Shown here: piece by piece, positions 57,687 to 64,000 of the stretch
How positions within the stretch are numbered: position 1 is the first letter of the stretch
Layout: each line of letters begins with the position of its first letter
Origin: an uncultured Clostridia bacterium
GTDB taxonomy: Bacteria; Bacillota; Clostridia; Christensenellales; UBA1242
Direction: 5' to 3'
Length of the DNA: 64,000 bases
NCBI GenBank assembly: GCA_944384465.1
Contig: CALWTK010000004.1
Location: forward strand, 5,257 to 69,256
Translations under genes and position numbers: made by a program
The notes under the pieces: model-generated
Told to the model about the DNA's origin: nothing
The model's input: the letters and a program-made list of their open reading frames with translations, nothing else
The model's database searches: none

Positions 57687-58489
57687 ATTACTCCTTTTAT
57701 CATTATTGAATATGAGCATTTTATATTTACTAAATTTTCTAGGTCTAATTCTTCTAAAAATGTAACAAAATCATCTATGTTCATATTTTTGATTTTAGAT
57801 TTGTATTTATCAAACGCACTTTGGTCGTATGATATATTATTGATTGCGTTTGTTTTTTCAATGTTCTCTTTTTTCTTTTCTAAATAAATGTTCCAAAAGG
57901 GTAAAATTTTGATATGCAAATTTTTTATATACTCGTGACCAGGATATCCTTTTTCGGAATCGTTTAACAATTTAGCCAATTCAAAATCAGCTATATTTTC
58001 TATTATTGCGTGCGTTATCTCGTCCCTTTTAAAATAAGAATGTAAAGACTCGTGTACGAGATAAATCAAATCATAAAATGCGTCATCTAAGCCTTTTTGA
58101 TGACCCCAAACAATAGTATTATTTCTCAAATTTGCCCCAGTATTAAGTGCTGGATAAACTATAATAGCAGTTGTGTCTATAGTAAAATTTTTTTTGAAAA
58201 TTCTGCTTAGATATTCGTTTATTTTATCTTTGTTCTTTTCCCAGTTTTTTTCTATTCTCTCTAAATTTTGGTTTGCTTCGTTTAAATACTGTTTGAAAAA
58301 ATCTTGTTGCTGTAATTCTAAAATTATATTATTATCAATCTTATTTGATTTTGAATTTCTTAGTAAAAGTAAATATGAACTTTTGTATTTATCATATAAG
58401 TAATTAGCAAATGTTATTGGCATCAAGTTCTTTGATATTACAAGTTTAGCCATTATATCTTTATCTGTTTTGAACTTTATATTTAACAT
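57683..58489 (-). CDS. Hypothetical protein with an HExxH motif (possible zinc metallopeptidase)
   Basis: LVHESLHSY lies at about aa 145. AAGGAG RBS upstream. No other motif recognised. Confidence 0.5.
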   Translation of the reverse strand: MLNIKFKTDKDIMAKLVISKNLMPITFANYLYDKYKSSYLLLLRNSKSNKIDNNIILELQQQDFFKQYLNEANQNLERIEKNWEKNKDKINEYLSRIFKKNFTIDTTAIIVYPALNTGANLRNNTIVWGHQKGLDDAFYDLIYLVHESLHSYFKRDEITHAIIENIADFELAKLLNDSEKGYPGHEYIKNLHIKILPFWNIYLEKKKENIEKTNAINNISYDQSAFDKYKSKIKNMNIDDFVTFLEELDLENLVNIKCSYSIMIKGVI

Positions 58490-58570
58490 ATATTCTCCTT
58501 GAGTAAAATATTAAAACTTATCCACTAAGTTGAACTTTTTTTGCAAAGTGCTTGCAACTTTACAAAACCA

Positions 58571-58882
58571 CTATTTTACCATGTAATTCACTTTTTTACC
58601 CATTTTTGTTGCGTACTCAATTTCTGCTTTTGTACTTGTTCCAATATATCTATTTTTATTTATAACAAAAATTTCGTCAGCCATATCTATTTTTCTTTTA
58701 TGCATATCGTCGAGCATTTCTTTTGTTCTTTCAGTCCATACCTCGTTATCTCCAGAATTTCCAAAGAAACCAACGGAAATGACAATATTACCTTCTAGCG
58801 TAAGTCTTTTTTGTTCACTTAAAAAATCTTCTTTAAATTTAGTGCTTCCACAAAGAGTAATAACTTTATATTTTCCAACCAT
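58571..58882 (-). CDS. Small protein, possibly with a nucleoside 2-deoxyribosyltransferase-like/SLOG fold
   Basis: KVITLCGSTKF...IVISVG...KIDMADEIFVINKNRYIGTSTKAEIEYA has a Rossmann-like pattern seen in phage-associated small proteins. The ATG at 58882 follows AGGAGA. Confidence 0.45.
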   Translation of the reverse strand: MVGKYKVITLCGSTKFKEDFLSEQKRLTLEGNIVISVGFFGNSGDNEVWTERTKEMLDDMHKRKIDMADEIFVINKNRYIGTSTKAEIEYATKMGKKVNYMVK

Positions 58883-58938
58883 ACTTTGTCTCCTAGTATA
58901 TTTTATCACAACTCAAAAATATCTCCAACTAAAAAATA

Positions 58939-59850
58939 TTAATCTATAAGCTCATACCATGATTTCATATGATGAATGCTAAAACCGTAGTTTTGAAATT
59001 GTTCACCATAATTACTGCTGATTATATCTTTCAAAGTCTCTAATTCTTGATACATGTATTCTTTTCCTTCTTCATAAAAGGTGACGCTTTCTGTCTCGCT
59101 AGACGCTGAAGTTTCTACACATAAGAAAAGTTTTTTGTTTAAATTATTTGAATACTCCAATTCATTTTGAGCACAATCAAATATCCTTTCAGCATTGTCT
59201 CTATAACTCATTACAAACACTCTGTCTGCGTAATCAATGATATATTTATATGCTTCCTTTTCTTCACCATTAAAATCTATAATATAGTCATCCAGCCAAA
59301 ATGGTATATCAAAATCTAGAGTCGTGTCTTTGAGTTTATCAGCATTAGTTATATTGTATACGAAATTGATGTAGGATGCAAGAATTTCCCTCTTTCTAAT
59401 TTCGTCATTTTCTTTCCAATCTGGATGTTGATGTGGCTCTACATCTAGATGAATGCCACTGAAGGTATTTTCAAAAGTCTGTTGATATTCTAAATATTTT
59501 TCGGCAATATCATAAAATCCGCTTTCATCTTCAATCCAAATATAATCTCCGCATAGAAAGTATACTTTTATATTTAAACTATTTGCTTTGCTTATGAACT
59601 CATTTATGGATTCATCAAAAGAACTGTTTGAATAATAGATTTCATTTATTCCGTTTTGTTTAGCGAATTCTAAATATTCGTCTATGTTTTCGTTCTCTCC
59701 CCACCACCATACACCTAGTGAAAACAAAGGTGTAGGTGTAGTATTTTTATCTCTATATGTATTATGATAGTAAAAAATACCAACGACTAAACCTACAACA
59801 AAAACAATTATAACTATGCTAATAAAAATATTCTTTTTCTTCATATTCAT
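58939..59850 (-). CDS. Membrane-anchored hypothetical protein (possible TIM-barrel glycoside-hydrolase-like)
   Basis: N-terminal TM segment IFISIVIIVFVVGLVVGIF. The alternating beta/alpha pattern is unassigned. Confidence 0.5.
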   Translation of the reverse strand: MNMKKKNIFISIVIIVFVVGLVVGIFYYHNTYRDKNTTPTPLFSLGVWWWGENENIDEYLEFAKQNGINEIYYSNSSFDESINEFISKANSLNIKVYFLCGDYIWIEDESGFYDIAEKYLEYQQTFENTFSGIHLDVEPHQHPDWKENDEIRKREILASYINFVYNITNADKLKDTTLDFDIPFWLDDYIIDFNGEEKEAYKYIIDYADRVFVMSYRDNAERIFDCAQNELEYSNNLNKKLFLCVETSASSETESVTFYEEGKEYMYQELETLKDIISSNYGEQFQNYGFSIHHMKSWYELID

Positions 59851-59854
59851 TTTT

Positions 59855-60523
59855 TTAATTGTCTATAATTTCAAGGAATTCTTTTGGCATGTCTTGCTTG
59901 AATTCTTCTCCTACAATATCGAAAAGAGACATCTTCATACACACTGGAATATTTTTATCTCTAGCTTGGTTCACAATATTTTGTATCCATTCTTTTTTTG
60001 GCTTGATCTTGCCTCTTCGGTTGCCCGTCTCAGCACCAATCACGATCCAATCAATATTTGTCAAATTAAGTTCACCTACATCTTCAAAAAGTGGCTCGAA
60101 AGTGATATGATAATGTTTCGCTTTGATGTTTTTCTTCATATCATAGATTCTTTGCACTTCATTCTTTGATGTGACTGTGACTCCCATCCATACATTATCT
60201 AGATCGGTACTAAACTGACATTGTTCTGGCCTTTTAGTTAGAACAATATATTGATGTTGTGGATTGTCCTTCAAAGCTTTGAATATTTTATCACACCACG
60301 AATTTTTACACCAACTAGAAAAGTCACTCATGCTAGTTATCAGCATCAATCTTGGCTTGTCTTTATACAGTTGTGGCAGTCTATATTCCATAAAGGTTGG
60401 AATAGAAAAATCCGGAATATGTTTGAACCTTTGATTTATCTTTCTTGCATAACAATAACTACACCCTATATCACACCCCATGACTGGATTGAATGTCTTT
60501 ATAAACTTTATTTTATCTTCCAT
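59855..60523 (-). CDS. DUF5131 (phage Gp37/Gp68) family protein
   Basis: TFNPVMGCDIGCSYCYARK matches the family's N-terminal Cys motif. The ATG at 60523 follows GGGGAGA; the track start at 60562 is a GTG. Confidence 0.65.
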   Translation of the reverse strand: MEDKIKFIKTFNPVMGCDIGCSYCYARKINQRFKHIPDFSIPTFMEYRLPQLYKDKPRLMLITSMSDFSSWCKNSWCDKIFKALKDNPQHQYIVLTKRPEQCQFSTDLDNVWMGVTVTSKNEVQRIYDMKKNIKAKHYHITFEPLFEDVGELNLTNIDWIVIGAETGNRRGKIKPKKEWIQNIVNQARDKNIPVCMKMSLFDIVGEEFKQDMPKEFLEIIDN

Positions 60524-60644
60524 ATTTTTCTCCCCATTTTGCGAAATGTTAGTTTGTTTCACTATGCATGTATTTTTTATATCCGAATTTTCTATTGAAT
60601 CTTTTTAATTGACTATTTTAAAACTTGTAAATTTTTATCTTCAA

Positions 60645-61556
60645 CTATTTCTGTTTCTTTTTTTTCTTCAAACAATTTATAAGCAGAAAAATTCCAAGTA
60701 AAACTATAGTCGATATCGTTATGACTAAAATTAAGCCAAGAGTCGACACGTCATGACCGAAAAAGGACATTTTCACATCAAAACCACTTGCTATTCCTTC
60801 AACCATCTCGTTTGGTAAAGTTTTATTCATTTCGTTTAAAACTCCGTTTAAAAATCCTTGTCTAAACAAGACTGTTGCATAAGTTCCTGGTAAAAGGGAT
60901 ACAAAATGTTGCATACCTTCTCCCATTGTATTTATTGGCATATATGCTCCACAGATAAAACCATATAGTGCAGATACAAGTGTACAGACACCACTCACTA
61001 CCCCTTGAGAACTAGTGAAAGTCCAAATAATATTTGCAAGCACAGTCCCAAAAAGTGAAGTTATAATAATGTTAAATACAATTAAAAGAAAATCAACAAA
61101 AGTTATATAAAAACCAACACAAGCAAGATAGATTAGTCCAATTGCAAGTAAGACAAAAACCACTATGAGCGTAGAAAACAAATTTGATAACACATAACTT
61201 AATTGAAGCGTGCTTTTTTTGACTGGAGATACCATAAAATCAATATTTGCTTTGTTGATTTTGTCAATGACCATCATTCCAGAACAAAATGAAACTGTTA
61301 TACATGAAGTCGCAAGGACGGATGAAAACAACCATCCACCAGTAAATGCATCGATAAGTTTTTGATCTAATTCAAAGCCATTGATAATTGAAAAAATACT
61401 GTCTTCATAGGCCGATTGAAGAAAAACTATAAAAAGGACAAGAAGAATTAATGGAGTTATGAGAGAAACCAAAAATGTCATTTTATCTTTAAAATATAAC
61501 TTTATGTTTCGATCAGTTAGATAGGTAAGTTTTCTAAATTCGGATTGTTTATTCAT
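60645..61556 (-). CDS. ABC-2 type transporter permease
   Basis: 303 aa, six hydrophobic segments. ATGA overlap with the upstream ATPase gene. Confidence 0.8.
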   Translation of the reverse strand: MNKQSEFRKLTYLTDRNIKLYFKDKMTFLVSLITPLILLVLFIVFLQSAYEDSIFSIINGFELDQKLIDAFTGGWLFSSVLATSCITVSFCSGMMVIDKINKANIDFMVSPVKKSTLQLSYVLSNLFSTLIVVFVLLAIGLIYLACVGFYITFVDFLLIVFNIIITSLFGTVLANIIWTFTSSQGVVSGVCTLVSALYGFICGAYMPINTMGEGMQHFVSLLPGTYATVLFRQGFLNGVLNEMNKTLPNEMVEGIASGFDVKMSFFGHDVSTLGLILVITISTIVLLGIFLLINCLKKKKKQK

Positions 61557-62467
61557 ACCGTCTCCTTCAATTCTTTGCCTGTAACAGATAAAAACACGTC
61601 ATCCATAGATCCTTTGACAATTTCAATATCATTGAAAAGCGCGCTATATTCAACTAGAAAATCCTTTGCCTTTTCAGTGTCGTTAAATTTTATTTCCAAA
61701 CATTTTTTGTCTTTATTATGCGGGATGTTTGCTTTATCCAAAATTGCTAATATTTTTTCATCATATTTATAAGCTTTTATATAGTCCTTAGCATACTTAT
61801 TTTTTAAAGTTAGTGGCGAACCCTCGGCCACAATTTTTCCACCATCCATAATGACAACATTATCAGCTATACTCACTTCTTCCATGTAATGAGTGGTAAG
61901 TAGTACGGTTAAATTTGTAGTCTTTCTAAATTCGTTAATCATATCCCAAACAAGTCTTCTCGTCTTTGGGTCAAGTCCTGTTGTAGGCTCGTCGAGTATC
62001 AAAATTTTAGGCTTGTGCAAAAGTGCTCTTACAATATCTACTTTTCGCTTTTGTCCACCACTTAATTTGCTGAGTTGCTTTTTTATAATTTCTTTCATCT
62101 CTAATTTTTCAGAAAAAAATTTGAGGTTCTCTTCAAACTCTTTTTTACTCATTCCGTAAAGCATAGCTCTATATCTCAAATTGTCATATACAGATAGATT
62201 TTTATCAAGCACTGATGACTGAAAAACTATACCAATGTCTGGTAAAATTTTTTGCCTTTCATCTATCGAAAACCCATTGACAAAACATTCTCCGCTATTT
62301 AAAGCAAGCACCCCAACAATAATGTTTATCGTGGTGCTTTTACCAGCACCGTTAAGACCTAAAAAGGCAAACAGTTCCCCTTCTTCAACCGAAAAGGAAA
62401 TATCATCAACTGCTTTTGTGTTGCTAAAGTATTTTTTTAAGTTTTTTATTTCTATAATATGTGTCAT
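61553..62467 (-). CDS. ABC transporter ATP-binding protein (DrrA-like)
   Basis: Walker A GLNGAGKST, signature LSGGQKRK and Walker B ILILDEPTTGLD. Confidence 0.9.
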   Translation of the reverse strand: MTHIIEIKNLKKYFSNTKAVDDISFSVEEGELFAFLGLNGAGKSTTINIIVGVLALNSGECFVNGFSIDERQKILPDIGIVFQSSVLDKNLSVYDNLRYRAMLYGMSKKEFEENLKFFSEKLEMKEIIKKQLSKLSGGQKRKVDIVRALLHKPKILILDEPTTGLDPKTRRLVWDMINEFRKTTNLTVLLTTHYMEEVSIADNVVIMDGGKIVAEGSPLTLKNKYAKDYIKAYKYDEKILAILDKANIPHNKDKKCLEIKFNDTEKAKDFLVEYSALFNDIEIVKGSMDDVFLSVTGKELKETV

Positions 62468-62534
62468 AAATATCTTTTAAATTTTTCAATTTTAACCCAA
62501 TTCATGATATCATAAATGAAACATTGTTGTCTAC

Positions 62535-62565
62535 TAAAAAATGTACCATGTAACGTTTGGTACAT
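62535..62565 (-). terminator. Rho-independent terminator after tRNA-Ser
   Basis: On the minus strand: 8-bp stem ATGTACCA/TGGTACAT with a 9-nt loop, followed by T5-6. Confidence 0.65.
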
Positions 62566-62577
62566 TGAAGGTAATAA

Positions 62578-62665
62578 TGGCGGAGAGTGGCGGATTCGAA
62601 CCGCCGGAAGCTTTCACTTCATCGCTTTTCGAGAGCGACACATTCGACCACTCTGACAACTCTCC
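62578..62665 (-). tRNA. tRNA-Ser (anticodon CGA), long variable arm, CCA encoded
   Basis: The minus strand reads GGAGAGTTGTCAGAGTGGTCGAATGTGTCGCTCTCGAAAAGCGATGAAGTGAAAGCTTCCGGCGGTTCGAATCCGCCACTCTCCGCCA. The anticodon loop is CTCGAAA. Confidence 0.88.
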
Positions 62666-62878
62666 ATATTTTTATATAAGTAGATTAAATATTTTTTGCT
62701 TTTCTTTTAGTTTATAATCTTAACTTTTATTTTTTATACCTTTAGATAACGACTCTTACTTTATATTTGATACATAATTATTTTTAAAAAATCAAAATTT
62801 ATAATTCCTCTCTATGTCTCTATAAGTAACAATAATAAGTATATACTATTTAAAAAAATTAATCAATAAAAAAATTAC

Positions 62879-62901
62879 CCACAAAACTTATGTTTTTGTG
62901 G
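62879..62901 (-). terminator. Hairpin downstream of dnaN (terminator-like) that carries DnaA-box sequences
   Basis: Stem CCACAAAA/TTTTGTGG with a 7-nt loop. On the minus strand it is followed by GTAATTTTTTT. Confidence 0.5.
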
Positions 62902-62911
62902 ATAACTAAAT

Positions 62912-64000
62912 TTATCTAGACTTGACTGGCAATATCAAGAATACAAAATCATTTCCTTCACAAGGAGTGATAACGCATGGCTGAATAGGACTATTGAAAT
63001 TCATCTTGATATATGGATTGTCAATTACCCTTAAGCAATCGCTAAAATATTTTGAGTTAAACGAAATATTTAAGTCATTACCTTTTACACCAACGGTAAT
63101 GTTTTCTTTGGTGTTGCCTATCTCGCTATTGGATGTCAACATCAAATTTTTCTCTTTGATGTCAAATTTAACAAGGTTGTTCTTGTCTATTTTTGATAGT
63201 ACACTTGCTCTATCAATGGCGTCCTCTAGTTGTTCACGATTGATTGTAACAACTGTAGAAAAATCTTTAGGAACGATCTGTCTATAATTTATAAATTGAC
63301 CATCTATCAGTCGATTTATGATGATAGTATCCCCTAAATCAATCATAATATTGTTTGAATGAATAAATACTTTGACTGTTCCTTCGTTGTCCAGCATCTT
63401 AACAACTTCGTTTAGATTCTTTCCTGGAACGATAATCTTGAAATCAGCGGTAGACATAACCAAATTTTTGTTGGATATACTTAGTCTACAACCGTCTACA
63501 GCTACGGCTTTAATAGTATTTTGATTTGTTTCAATTAAAATACCTTTCAAAATTGGTCTACTATCATCTTGAGCGACAGCGTAAAAAACATTGTTTATCA
63601 AAGTCTTAAAATCTTCTTTATTGATTTCAAAGAAATTATCTTTTTGAATTTCTTTTAGACTAGGAAATTCATTGATCTCCATACATTGAATACAACCTTC
63701 GCTGTCTGTATAGGAAATTTTTAGTTGATTTTTTTCATTCAATTCGCACAAAATTTGTTCGTTAGTAAGTTTGCGTATATATTCTCCGAACAATCTACCG
63801 GGAACAACAGTCTCGCCAGCATTATAAACTTCTGCTCTAATTGTCTTTTCAATGCTCATCTCTAAATCAGTCGCAGTCAATATAAGTTTATCATCAGCAC
63901 AGACCATTTTAATTCCCTCAAGAATTTGAGAAGTAGTTTTGTTACTGATAGCTTTTGATACGACACTGATTGCTTCACTGAGCTCTAGTCCATCACATCT
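62912..64000 (-). CDS. dnaN: DNA polymerase III beta sliding clamp (N-terminal few residues beyond the window)
   Basis: The frame stays open to the edge (...CDGLELSEAISVVSKAISNKTTSQILEGIKMVCADDKLILTATDLE...). It has the three-domain clamp pattern and a C-terminus of FVFLILPVKSR. Confidence 0.9.
   Translation of the reverse strand, partial: RCDGLELSEAISVVSKAISNKTTSQILEGIKMVCADDKLILTATDLEMSIEKTIRAEVYNAGETVVPGRLFGEYIRKLTNEQILCELNEKNQLKISYTDSEGCIQCMEINEFPSLKEIQKDNFFEINKEDFKTLINNVFYAVAQDDSRPILKGILIETNQNTIKAVAVDGCRLSISNKNLVMSTADFKIIVPGKNLNEVVKMLDNEGTVKVFIHSNNIMIDLGDTIIINRLIDGQFINYRQIVPKDFSTVVTINREQLEDAIDRASVLSKIDKNNLVKFDIKEKNLMLTSNSEIGNTKENITVGVKGNDLNISFNSKYFSDCLRVIDNPYIKMNFNSPIQPCVITPCEGNDFVFLILPVKSR

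Noticed and set aside
59855-60523. Prophage, inferred from the Gp37/Gp68-family gene.
   Set aside because: This is the only phage-associated family in the window. No integrase, capsid, terminase, tail or lysis genes are nearby, and DUF5131 is also common outside prophages.

Overview
The window is a low-GC chromosome segment from an anaerobic endospore-forming Firmicute (Clostridia-like), close to the replication-origin gene set. About 60 coding regions are supportable.

Core genes:
- spoIIE and the start of tilS.
- A Phe T-box leader followed by pheS and pheT.
- A gerA-type germinant receptor operon.
- sleB-ypeB, spoIIR and a cell-wall amidase.
- An [FeFe] hydrogenase, hisS, veg and spo0A.
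- gpsA, lysS and a TrmH-family methyltransferase.
- The block rpmH-rnpA-yidD-yidC-jag.
- Desulfoferrodoxin, an HD hydrolase and dnaN, which runs off the right edge.
- tRNA-Leu(CAG) and tRNA-Ser(CGA).

Accessory content:
- Two giant surface proteins: a 1483-aa lipoprotein and a 2711-aa tail-anchored protein.
- An orphan cluster with a doubly frameshifted XRE regulator and a protein whose C-terminus looks like a diverged diadenylate-cyclase (DisA_N) domain.
- A WG-repeat cassette and a zinc-ribbon protein with a poly-D/E tail.
- A tRNA-bounded island at 55.1-62.7 kb carrying xth, a HAD nucleotidase, an IadA-like amidohydrolase, an HExxH protein, DUF5131/Gp37 and an ABC-2 exporter.

The most unusual signal is non-coding. 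A family of about 100-nt structured modules occurs as a seven-element array (six full modules plus a 5'-truncated copy) on the + strand next to tRNA-Leu (54476-55087). It also occurs as an inverted 2.2-copy tandem array at 52087-52435. Each module has a covarying two-tier hairpin plus a GNRA-capped helix. The two arrays bracket a 2-kb block of decayed genes: a fakA fragment and a CMD gene with an in-frame TAA.

No cas genes, integrases, transposases or reverse transcriptases are visible. All homology statements come from reading motifs by eye and were not checked against any database.
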